Source of the DNA: Armatimonadota bacterium
Lineage (GTDB): Bacteria > Armatimonadota > SYMT01
Direction of reading: 5' to 3'
NCBI GenBank assembly: GCA_041690135.1
Contig: JAWLHY010000001.1
Span: 160,001-224,000, forward strand
Length of the DNA stretch: 64,000 bases
The notes beneath the pieces are model-generated. The model made no database searches. It had not been told where the DNA came from and was given only the letters and a program-made list of their open reading frames with translations. Positions 1 through 8,252 of this stretch are shown piece after piece. Position 1 is the first letter of the stretch; every line of letters starts with the position of its first letter. Both the position numbers and the translations under genes were made by a program.

Positions 1-32
1 CTCTTGTCGGCGGATGGGGAGGTACGTGAGCG

Positions 33-695
33 ATGAGCGAAGGAAAGGCGACGAGGGAGAAGCCGGAATACCACGTGCTGAGCAGCCGGACCGACATCCC
101 GGAGCCGGTGTTCTGGCCCGCGCAGACGGCCCGCAAAGCGGGTGATCCGGCCTGGTCGGAAGCCTGCTCGTTCTGCGGGAAGTTCGATGAAGCCGCCTAT
201 CTGGATGCCGGTTGTTCGCTCTTGATGGAGCCCGGCACTGTGCGCTCGGAATTCGGCTACTCCAAAGTCTCCCAGCTCATCGTGAACTCGCGGGTGCTCC
301 ACGTGCTGCGGCAAGTGCCGGGCGCTTGCTTCCGGGAGTATGCCGTGGGTCCCGCCCCGGAGCCTACGCACTGGGTGCTGTACCCGGAGCAGGTGATCGA
401 GCCACCCGATCCGGTGCCGCGGAAGAAGAAAGGGGCCTACCGGTATCCCGATAACACGGCCTTCCTGTCCCACGGAGACAAATGCTCCACCTGCGGCCGG
501 TATCGCGAGGTAACGTTCGGCCACGAGTGGCTGCCCATCCCCACCGGCACCGTACTGGCCGCGGTCGTGATCGAAGGGCCGGCGGGGCCCCAGCGCCACC
601 GGTGGGTGGGGGGACCGGGCGTGGTGGCGGCGCTGAAAGAGGCGCGCATTCCCAAACTGTTCCTGGAGCCGCTGGAGAACCGCTGGCGGGGATGA
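33..695 (+). CDS. Hypothetical protein with two CxxCG motifs (double-CXXCG family-like, possible immunity protein)
   Basis: 220-aa ORF with upstream GGAGG; motifs CSFCG and CSTCG. Confidence 0.6.
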   Translation: MSEGKATREKPEYHVLSSRTDIPEPVFWPAQTARKAGDPAWSEACSFCGKFDEAAYLDAGCSLLMEPGTVRSEFGYSKVSQLIVNSRVLHVLRQVPGACFREYAVGPAPEPTHWVLYPEQVIEPPDPVPRKKKGAYRYPDNTAFLSHGDKCSTCGRYREVTFGHEWLPIPTGTVLAAVVIEGPAGPQRHRWVGGPGVVAALKEARIPKLFLEPLENRWRG

Positions 696-702
696 TCCAG
701 GC

Positions 703-801
703 TTCGTTTACACCACCGAAGAAACGGTACTTCAACTCCACAGCCAGGCGCCAGGGGGCATCACCTACGTGAATCCCGCCGACGATCCACGGAAGCGCTG
801 A
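703..801 (+). pseudogene. Orphan 3' fragment of a cupin-like gene
   Basis: Frame starting at 691 reads ...FVYTTEETVLQLHSQAPGGITYVNPADDPRKR-stop, resembling the typical C-terminus of small cupin proteins; no start codon or N-terminal part. Confidence 0.45.
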
Positions 802-842
802 TCCTCCATGTGTCGTGAGAACCGTGCGACACGCTCCGAAGG

Positions 843-881
843 GGCTATCGGGAAGCAGCGAGCAGCCTCCCGATAGCCTTT
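843..881 (+). terminator. Hairpin, possible intrinsic terminator
   Basis: GGCTATCGGGA (843-853) / TCCCGATAGCC (868-878) followed by TTT. Confidence 0.45.
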
Positions 882-1235
882 ACCTCCCCCCTCTGTCCCC
901 GCGACAATCCCCCGCCTTCATAGCATTCTGCTGAAGCACGAAGGAACAGGCCCCCTCTCGTTCGAACAATGTTGCGGCGGACGACTGGTAGCTCGCATCT
1001 CAAACCTGCCGGCTTGAGGTCGTAAGTACCCCAACCAACAGGAAATACCCGAAGAAGACTTCGGAATGAAATTTCCCGGCCGGCGCGGCGTACTACGGTT
1101 TGAGTTTCCGTCCACCCGCCCCTGTGGAGGTGATAGTGTCCGACCCATCGGAGCGGATTGCGGCTTCGCAGAACGATCGGCGCGCACTCCGTTTTCCATG
1201 TCCGGCGCTCTTTCTCGCCCCGAGCCTTCCGAATC

Positions 1236-3200
1236 ATGGCTGAACCCCTCAACCCCGGACGACCGGTACCGATTCCGCAGCCCCCTTATCGCCGGCTGCG
1301 GGTGTATGCGCTGGACCCGAGCCTGGAAACGCGGCTCGAGACGGCGGTCATCAACCAGACGACCGTGAAGGTTCCCTGGGAACCCGGGCGGCCGATGGGC
1401 GACTGCGCCCCGGGATCGCCCGCCCGCCCGGAACCGGTGACGGCCGGGGAGTACCTGGAGCCGGGTCCGGTAGGCGAGTATGTGGAAGTGGTGGATTTCG
1501 ATCCGGCCAGCCGCTGTTTCTACGACCCGGTCGACCTCAGCGATCCGAACCTCCTGGCGCAGGACGGCCTGGAGCCTTCCGAGGGGAACCCCCAGTTCCA
1601 CCAGCAGATGGTGTATGCGGTATCGATGCTCACCATCCGGCACTTCGAGCGAGCGCTGGGACGGCCCGCGCTCTGGTCGCCGCGGCTCATTCGCAATGAA
1701 GACGGGCGAGTGGTGGACGACGCATTTGTCCGCCGCCTGCGGATCTATCCGCACGCCCTGCGGGAGGCGAACGCCTTCTACAGCCCGGAGAAGAAGGCGC
1801 TGCTCTTCGGTTACTTCCCCGCGGGCGCCACCAACCCCGGAGCGCACTTCCCCGGCGGCATGGTGTTCACCTGCCTCTCGCACGACATCATCGCGCACGA
1901 GACCACGCACGCCCTGCTGGACGGGATGCACCGGCGCTTCATCGAGCCGACCAACCCGGACGTGCTGGCGTTCCACGAGGCCTTTGCGGATCTCGTGGCG
2001 ATGCTCCAGCACTTCACCTTCCCGGAGGTGATCCGGCACCAGATTGCGAAGACGCGCGGGGCGCTGGACCGTCAGAACCTGCTGGGCGAGCTCGCGCAGC
2101 AGTTCGGGGCGGCCACCGGCCGGCACGGGGCGCTGCGGAGCGCGATCGGGGAGTTCGACGCCAACCACGAATGGCATCCGAAACAGCCGGACGCTTCGGA
2201 GTTGCAGCGGGTGTTCGAGCCGCATGCGCGCGGCGCTATCCTGGTCGCGGCCGTGTTCGACGCCTTCCTCTCCATCTACAAGTCGCGGGTGGCGGATCTC
2301 CTCCGGATCGCCACCAACGGCTCGGGAGTGCTTCCGGATGGGGAGATCCATCCGGACCTGGTAAATCGCCTCGCCCAGGAGGCCACGCGCGCCGCCCAGC
2401 ACGTGCTGAACATGTGCATCCGGGCTCTGGATTACCTACCCCCGGTGGATGTCACCTTCGGCGAGTACCTGCGCGCGCTGGTCACCGCGGACTACGACCT
2501 GGTGCGGGACGACGACCGTGGCTACCGGATCGCCCTGATCGAGGCGTTCCGGCGGCGCGGCATCTATCCCCGCGAAGTCCGGACCCTCTCGGAGGACAGT
2601 CTTCGCTGGCGGTGTCCCTCCGTGGAAGAAAGCCGGGCCGGTCGCTTCTCGGAGCTGAAGGGGATCCTGGATGGGTTCTCCGCCCGGCTGGAGGACCGCG
2701 AGGAGATCTACCGCCGGATGGGCCAGCGTTGTGCCCGGGTTCACGGCTGGCTGCGGGACCGGCGCGAGGACCCCGCGCTGGCCATGTTGGGGCTGGACCC
2801 GGACCCCCGGCTCAAGGTGGAGGTCCACGCCATCCGTCCCGCCCGACGGGTGGGGCCGGACGGCGACCTGCTCCGCGACGTGGTGCTGATCCTCACCCAG
2901 CGCCGCCCGGAGTTCTTCAACGCGGCGTCCCGCGCCCGCGGCGGGCTGTATTCCGATCCGCCCCGCGACTTCTGGTTCCGCGGGGGTTGCACCCTGGTGC
3001 TGGACGAGCAGACCTTCGACGTGCGGTATTGCATCGTGAAGAACATTAACAGCGAATCGCGGCTGCGGCGACAGCGGGCGTTTCTCACCGGTCGCACGGA
3101 TGCCTCTCTGCGCGCCACCTATTTCGGCGGCTTGAGTGACGGCGACGTGCGGGAGCCGTTCTCGCTCCTCCACCGGTCCCACGAGGAGTGCGAACCATGA
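1236..3200 (+). CDS. Gluzincin (thermolysin/M4-like) zinc metallopeptidase, no signal peptide
   Basis: NAFY, HDIIAHETTH (HExxH), AFHEAFAD (third Zn ligand) and EPHARG motifs; ATG at 1236 in frame with the 1158 ORF. Confidence 0.85.
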   Translation: MAEPLNPGRPVPIPQPPYRRLRVYALDPSLETRLETAVINQTTVKVPWEPGRPMGDCAPGSPARPEPVTAGEYLEPGPVGEYVEVVDFDPASRCFYDPVDLSDPNLLAQDGLEPSEGNPQFHQQMVYAVSMLTIRHFERALGRPALWSPRLIRNEDGRVVDDAFVRRLRIYPHALREANAFYSPEKKALLFGYFPAGATNPGAHFPGGMVFTCLSHDIIAHETTHALLDGMHRRFIEPTNPDVLAFHEAFADLVAMLQHFTFPEVIRHQIAKTRGALDRQNLLGELAQQFGAATGRHGALRSAIGEFDANHEWHPKQPDASELQRVFEPHARGAILVAAVFDAFLSIYKSRVADLLRIATNGSGVLPDGEIHPDLVNRLAQEATRAAQHVLNMCIRALDYLPPVDVTFGEYLRALVTADYDLVRDDDRGYRIALIEAFRRRGIYPREVRTLSEDSLRWRCPSVEESRAGRFSELKGILDGFSARLEDREEIYRRMGQRCARVHGWLRDRREDPALAMLGLDPDPRLKVEVHAIRPARRVGPDGDLLRDVVLILTQRRPEFFNAASRARGGLYSDPPRDFWFRGGCTLVLDEQTFDVRYCIVKNINSESRLRRQRAFLTGRTDASLRATYFGGLSDGDVREPFSLLHRSHEECEP

Positions 3201-4795
3201 GCCAGCCGCAGCCTACCCCACTCACGCGCGTCACGGTCCGCATGTACCGGCAGGGCCTGGGAGATTGCTTCTTCCTGATCTTCGAGGGAGAGGACGGCAC
3301 GCGCCGCACGATGCTTATCGACTGCGGCGTGCTGAAGAACAGCCCGGACGAGCGCCAGCGGATGCGGGAGGTGATCGAGCACCTGCGGGACGAGACCGGC
3401 GGCAAGATCGACGTGCTGGTGGCGACCCACGAGCATTGGGACCACCTGAGCGGCTTCATTCACGCCGAGGACCTGCTATCCGAGTTGAAGGCCGGGGAAG
3501 TGTGGCTGGCCTGGACGGAGAACCCCTCGCACCCGCTGGGCCAGGCCCTCCGGGCGCGGCGGGCGCAGGCTCTGCGGGCGGTCCAGGCCGCGCTGACCCG
3601 CATGCACCTCTCTCTGGACCCGCGGGTGAACGAGACGGCGGAGCGGATTTCCGCCGTGATGGAGTTTTTCGGGCTGGAGACCTCCACGAGCACGAGCGAG
3701 CTGGGCGCGGCGCCGGGCGGAGGGGACGGAGCCTCCGGCCCGCTGCTGGGCGCCAGCCCCGGTACCGCGAAAGGCCTGGAGCTGGTCACGAAGTGCGGGC
3801 CGGTGCGCTACTGCACTCCCGGCGAGATCCTGCACCTGCCGGGGCTGGGCGGGGTGCGGATCTTCGTGCTCGGCCCGCCCGTGGACGAGAAGCTGATCAA
3901 GAAGAGCGACCCCACGAAAAAGGGCCAGGAGGTGTACGAGAAGGGGTTCGCGATGGACCTCAACGCCTCCCTGCTGCACGCCGCGGAGAGCTCCGCCGGC
4001 CGCGGCATCGACCCGGAGCTGGAAGAGCTGAGCTTCCCGTTCGACCGGGTCCGGCAGAAGTCGCCGGAAGCCGCGCGGGCCGACACGTGGTTCCGGCGGC
4101 ACTACTTCGGTGCTCTCCACGCGGATGACCTAACGGCCGGCATCCCCTCCCGCGAGCAGATGGACTGGCGCCGGATCGACGACGACTGGACCGAGGCCGC
4201 CTCTCAGCTCGCGCTGCAGCTGGACAGCGACACCAATAACACCAGCCTGGTCCTCGCTATCGAGTTGGTTGACAGCGGCAAGGTGCTGCTCTTCCCCGGC
4301 GACGCCCAGGTGGGGAACTGGCTCTCGTGGGAGACGCTGAAGTGGGGAGCGCGGGAGCTGGGAAACGGCGCGACCGAGCTGCGGGCGCACGATCTGCTGC
4401 GGCGGACGGTGTTCTACAAGGTCGGGCACCACGCCAGCCACAACGCCACGCTGCGCGCGAAGGGGCTAGAGCTGATGGAGAGCCCCGAGCTGGTGGCGAT
4501 GATCCCGGTGGACGAGGAGGTGGCCCACCGGCCCAAGGGCTCGCTCCGGAACGGCTGGGACATGCCGTTCCCGCCGCTGCTGGAGCGGCTGATGGAGAAG
4601 ACGCGGGGGCGCGTGATCCGCGCCGACCGCGACCTGCCCGCGGAGGCTCCGTCCCACTCCGGCCTCACGGCGGCAGAATGGGCCGCCTTTCGGGAAGCGG
4701 TGGAAGACGCGCAGGATACTTTCAAGACCCGGGACGGCGAGGCATCCGACCGCCGTCTCTACGTGCAGTACACCCTCTCCGTTAAGGCGGAGTAG
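3197..4795 (+). CDS. Metallo-beta-lactamase-fold hydrolase (ComEC/Rec2-like nuclease-type motifs)
   Basis: GLGDC, LIDCG, THEHWDHLSG, NNTSLV, LFPGDAQ, KVGHHAS motifs; ATGA overlap with the upstream stop. Confidence 0.85.
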   Translation: MSQPQPTPLTRVTVRMYRQGLGDCFFLIFEGEDGTRRTMLIDCGVLKNSPDERQRMREVIEHLRDETGGKIDVLVATHEHWDHLSGFIHAEDLLSELKAGEVWLAWTENPSHPLGQALRARRAQALRAVQAALTRMHLSLDPRVNETAERISAVMEFFGLETSTSTSELGAAPGGGDGASGPLLGASPGTAKGLELVTKCGPVRYCTPGEILHLPGLGGVRIFVLGPPVDEKLIKKSDPTKKGQEVYEKGFAMDLNASLLHAAESSAGRGIDPELEELSFPFDRVRQKSPEAARADTWFRRHYFGALHADDLTAGIPSREQMDWRRIDDDWTEAASQLALQLDSDTNNTSLVLAIELVDSGKVLLFPGDAQVGNWLSWETLKWGARELGNGATELRAHDLLRRTVFYKVGHHASHNATLRAKGLELMESPELVAMIPVDEEVAHRPKGSLRNGWDMPFPPLLERLMEKTRGRVIRADRDLPAEAPSHSGLTAAEWAAFREAVEDAQDTFKTRDGEASDRRLYVQYTLSVKAE

Positions 4796-4887
4796 GCGTG
4801 CGGATGCCGGGCCGGGGAATAGCTCCCGGTGCCGGCACGGAATCCGGTTCAGGCCCGACGACGGGCCTTCGTGCGAGGAGGTGGTCC

Positions 4888-7842
4888 GTGGCTTTCACGC
4901 AGATGACGATCGAGCAGTTCGAGGCGCTGGTCAAGAACTACAACTGGAAGCGGAAGATCAACGCGGTGCACATGCACCACACCTGGCGCCCTAACCACGC
5001 GCAGTATCGGGGGCACGCGACCATCCAGGCGATGTGGCGCTTCCACACCCAGGTGAACGGTTGGAGCGACATCGCCCAGCACATCACCATCGCGCCCGAC
5101 GGGACGATCTGGACCGGCCGCGCCTGGAACACGCCCCCCGCAAGCGCCGCCGGGCACAACGGCAACAGCTCCGCCGGCCCGTTCATGTTCGAGATCATCG
5201 GGGATTTCGATACGGGAAAGGACCCGTTCAGGGGTCCCCAGCGCGAGACCGTGCTGCGGGTGATCGTGGCGCTGCAGAAGCGGTTCGGGCTCGCCCCGGA
5301 GACGCTCCGGTTCCACAACCAGATGTCCCCCAAGTCCTGCCCGGGCACGGCCATCAACTACCAGGCGTTCCTGAACGAGGTTCGGGATCTGCACGCGGCT
5401 CCGGCCGCGCGGGCCGCTGATGGGGGAGAAGAGGGCGGTCCGGATTGGGAGCTGATCGCCGCCGTCTCGAACGAGCGGTCGTTCGCGGACCCGGCGGACG
5501 CGGAGCCCCAGGAACACGGCACGGAAGAGTTCTTCTACGAGGCGGAAAGCCGTGGCCGGAGCGGCATGGACGTAGCGGCGCGGGGCGGTGGGGACATCGA
5601 CCTCACCGAGACCGTCCTGGACTTCCTCCGCCCCCACGTCATCAACCTGAACCAGGGGCAGTTCTCCGATGGCGGCAAGTTCCAGAGCGACGGGGGACAG
5701 GTCCGCGCGATCTTCGAGCAGCATTTGACCCAGGCGGTGGAAGACGCGGAGCGGGAAGGCAAGCTGCCGCTGCGCATCGTGTTCTACGCGCACGGGGGGC
5801 TCGTCTCCGAGTCCAACGCCCTCCGGATGGCATTCACCCACATCCAGTGGTGGAAGGCCAACCGGGAGCTCAACCGCCAGGGCGGCGGCAAGAACTACAG
5901 CGTCTACCCGCTCTACTTCGTGTGGGAGACCGGCTTCTTCGAGACGCTGGGCCAGCTCCTCTCCCGGATCCGGCTCCGCGGCCGGCGCGCCGTGCGGGAC
6001 GTGTTCGACTTTACCACGGACCCCGTGATCGAGATGGCGTCGCGGACGCTCCAGGGGCCGACGATCTGGGGCGGCATGAAGTTCAGCGCGGACCTGGCCT
6101 CCCGTCCCGAGGGCGGCGCCCGGGTCGTGGCGGAGATGCTCGCGGAGTTCTGCAGCCGGGACGAAATCCGCGGCAAGGTGGAGCTGCACGCGGTCGGCCA
6201 CAGCGCCGGCTCTATCTTCCACGCCCACTTCATCCCGGCGGTCCAGAAGGTCCTGGAGGACAAGCCCGAAACCGGCCTCACGGGCTTCAAAGAGGTCCAC
6301 TTCCTGGCGCCGGCGATCCGGGTAGACCAGTTCGAAAACCTGCTCGGCAACCGGATCGGCAACGGGCAGGCGATCGAGCGGCTGACCATGTACACCATGC
6401 GTCGCGACGTGGAGCGGGCCGACCACTGCGCGCAGGTCTACCGCAAGTCCCTCCTGTACCTCATCTACCACGCCCTGGAGCGGGACCCCCGCACCCCCAT
6501 CCTGGGGCTGGAGGAGTCGCTCTGGAAAGACCCGGATCTGCGTCGCCTCTTCGGCCTGACGGGCGGTGGGAGCCCGGGGGAGGTCATCTGGTCCCCATCG
6601 CCGTCGGAAGAGGGGCGCTCCGCCAGCCGGTCCCGCACGCACGGCGGCTTCGACAACGACGCCCCCACCATGAACAGCATCCTGCGGCGAGTGTGCGGGC
6701 TCGACGATAACGACCCGATCCACTCCTTCCCGGAGAAGCGCGAGCGGTCGCTCAACGAGTGGGAAGGCCAGGTGGACTGGCCGGAAGAGCTGGCCTTCAT
6801 GAGCGAGGCCCCCGGCGACCGGGACGGGGGGCAGGAAGGGGGTCCGGGCATCGGCCCCTTCCGCGGTGAAGCCGGCGCCCGCTCCGTGACCGGCACGCGC
6901 CGCGCGCTGTGCGTGGGGATCGACGAGTACCCCACCGCCCCGCTGGGGGGCTGCGTGGCCGACGCCCGGCTCTGGAGGGAGACGCTCGCCCGGCACCGTT
7001 TCGCGGAGATCCAGACCCTCTTCAACGGCGAGGCCACCCGCGGCGCGATCCTGGACCGGCTCCGGGCGCTGATCGCCGCCAGCCGGGCGGGCGACGTGGT
7101 GGTGTTCCAGTTCGCCGGGCACGGCACGCAGGCCCGCGACATGACGGGAGATGAGGCGGACGGCGACACGCCCGGCCTCGACGAAGCGATCTGTCCACAC
7201 GACTTCGGCGACGGCCGGCTCCTGATCGATGACGACCTGGCCGAGGTGTTCCGCTCGGCCCCGGCCGGCGTGGGCATCACCTGCTTCATCGACTGCTGCC
7301 ACTCCGGCACCATCACGCGGTTCGCCGTGGGCGGCCCCACGGGAGCCGCCTCCGGAGAGAAAGCGCGGTACCTGAAGCTCACGCCCGAACAGATGGCCGC
7401 CCACGTGCGGTTCCGCCGCGGGCTCGGCCGGTCGCGAGCCACCACCCACCGCGGCCCCCAGGAAATGCGCGAAGTGGTGTTCTCCGCCTGCAGGTCCGAC
7501 GAGGTCGCCCTGGAAAGCAACGGAAACGGCCACTTCACGGTCCGCGCCACCCGCGTGCTGCAGATGGGCGCCGACGGGATCACCAACCAGGAGTTCTACC
7601 GCCGCGTGCTGGAAGCGTTCGGTCCCGCCCCGCGGCAGCATCCGGTCCTGGACTGCTCGCCGGCCTCCCAGGAGTTCCTCCTGCTGGCCCCGGTAGCCGG
7701 CGGCACCCCGGCGTCCCCGGCGTCTCCCTCGAGTACGCCCTCGACCGCCGGATCTCCGCCCCGCGCCGACGGCGCATCCGGTGATCTGGAAGCCCTCTCC
7801 CGCGCCCTCCGCGCCGCCGCGGACGCCCTTCAGCGCCCGTAG
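4888..7842 (+). CDS. Fusion of PGRP/Amidase_2 N-acetylmuramoyl-L-alanine amidase, alpha/beta hydrolase and caspase-like C14 peptidase
   Basis: GAGGAGGT RBS then GTG at 4888; amidase HMHHT, WSDIAQH, FHNQ...KSCPG; hydrolase FYAHGG, GHSAG, THGGFDND; caspase ALCVGID, FAGHG, IDCCHSG, SACRSDE. Confidence 0.85.
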   Translation: MAFTQMTIEQFEALVKNYNWKRKINAVHMHHTWRPNHAQYRGHATIQAMWRFHTQVNGWSDIAQHITIAPDGTIWTGRAWNTPPASAAGHNGNSSAGPFMFEIIGDFDTGKDPFRGPQRETVLRVIVALQKRFGLAPETLRFHNQMSPKSCPGTAINYQAFLNEVRDLHAAPAARAADGGEEGGPDWELIAAVSNERSFADPADAEPQEHGTEEFFYEAESRGRSGMDVAARGGGDIDLTETVLDFLRPHVINLNQGQFSDGGKFQSDGGQVRAIFEQHLTQAVEDAEREGKLPLRIVFYAHGGLVSESNALRMAFTHIQWWKANRELNRQGGGKNYSVYPLYFVWETGFFETLGQLLSRIRLRGRRAVRDVFDFTTDPVIEMASRTLQGPTIWGGMKFSADLASRPEGGARVVAEMLAEFCSRDEIRGKVELHAVGHSAGSIFHAHFIPAVQKVLEDKPETGLTGFKEVHFLAPAIRVDQFENLLGNRIGNGQAIERLTMYTMRRDVERADHCAQVYRKSLLYLIYHALERDPRTPILGLEESLWKDPDLRRLFGLTGGGSPGEVIWSPSPSEEGRSASRSRTHGGFDNDAPTMNSILRRVCGLDDNDPIHSFPEKRERSLNEWEGQVDWPEELAFMSEAPGDRDGGQEGGPGIGPFRGEAGARSVTGTRRALCVGIDEYPTAPLGGCVADARLWRETLARHRFAEIQTLFNGEATRGAILDRLRALIAASRAGDVVVFQFAGHGTQARDMTGDEADGDTPGLDEAICPHDFGDGRLLIDDDLAEVFRSAPAGVGITCFIDCCHSGTITRFAVGGPTGAASGEKARYLKLTPEQMAAHVRFRRGLGRSRATTHRGPQEMREVVFSACRSDEVALESNGNGHFTVRATRVLQMGADGITNQEFYRRVLEAFGPAPRQHPVLDCSPASQEFLLLAPVAGGTPASPASPSSTPSTAGSPPRADGASGDLEALSRALRAAADALQRP

Positions 7843-7867
7843 CGCACTCCCGGCAATCACGCAGCGC

Positions 7868-7907
7868 ACAGGCAAGGCCCGCGCCACCCGGCACGGGCCT
7901 TGCCTGT
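7868..7907 (+). terminator. Hairpin after the protease operon
   Basis: ACAGGCAAGGCCCG ... CGGGCCTTGCCTGT inverted repeat just after the stop at 7842. Confidence 0.5.
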
Positions 7908-8033
7908 TGGCCCCTCTCCTCTGTGGCCGCCGGGGTGCGCATCCGTGTTGCGTCGCGGTAGAACAGTTCCTCCGAAAGGCCCACGGGAGGCAGTGGTCAC
8001 CTTCGCCGACGGACATCCGGCGAAAGCGCACTC

Positions 8034-8063
8034 TTGACGCCCGTTCGGTCCGCTGTCTATAAT
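8034..8063 (+). promoter_or_regulatory. Sigma70-type promoter of the tRNA-Ala locus
   Basis: TTGACG (8034-8039), 18-bp spacer, TATAAT (8058-8063). Confidence 0.75.
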
Positions 8064-8101
8064 GTGGCGTCGCTGGGGACCACCCCCAGTAGCCCCACCC
8101 G

Positions 8102-8128
8102 AGGGCCTGTGGCTCAGTTGGGAGAGCG
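8102..8128 (+). repeat. Exact copy of the tRNA-Ala 5' end (acceptor 5' strand plus D arm)
   Basis: AGGGCCTGTGGCTCAGTTGGGAGAGCG identical at 8102-8128 and 8179-8205. Confidence 0.9.
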
Positions 8129-8179
8129 TCCATCCGGAAGTTCCGGGGATCGCCAGCTATCACCATGACAACCAGATAA

Positions 8180-8252
8180 GGGCCTGTGGCTCAGTTGGGA
8201 GAGCGCCGCGTTCGCATCGCGGAGGTCAGGGGTTCGAATCCCCTCAGGTCCA
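8180..8252 (+). tRNA. tRNA-Ala (anticodon CGC), CCA not encoded
   Basis: Acceptor GGGCCTG/CAGGTCC with G3-U70 pair, anticodon arm CCGCG-TTCGCAT-CGCGG, T loop GGTTCGAATCC. Confidence 0.95.

Noticed and set aside
4849-8166. 1105-aa minus-strand ORF
   Set aside because: Antisense shadow of the motif-rich amidase-hydrolase-caspase gene; long shadow ORFs are expected at high GC
8103-8175. Second functional tRNA or tRNA-Sec
   Set aside because: No anticodon arm, T loop or complementary acceptor strand
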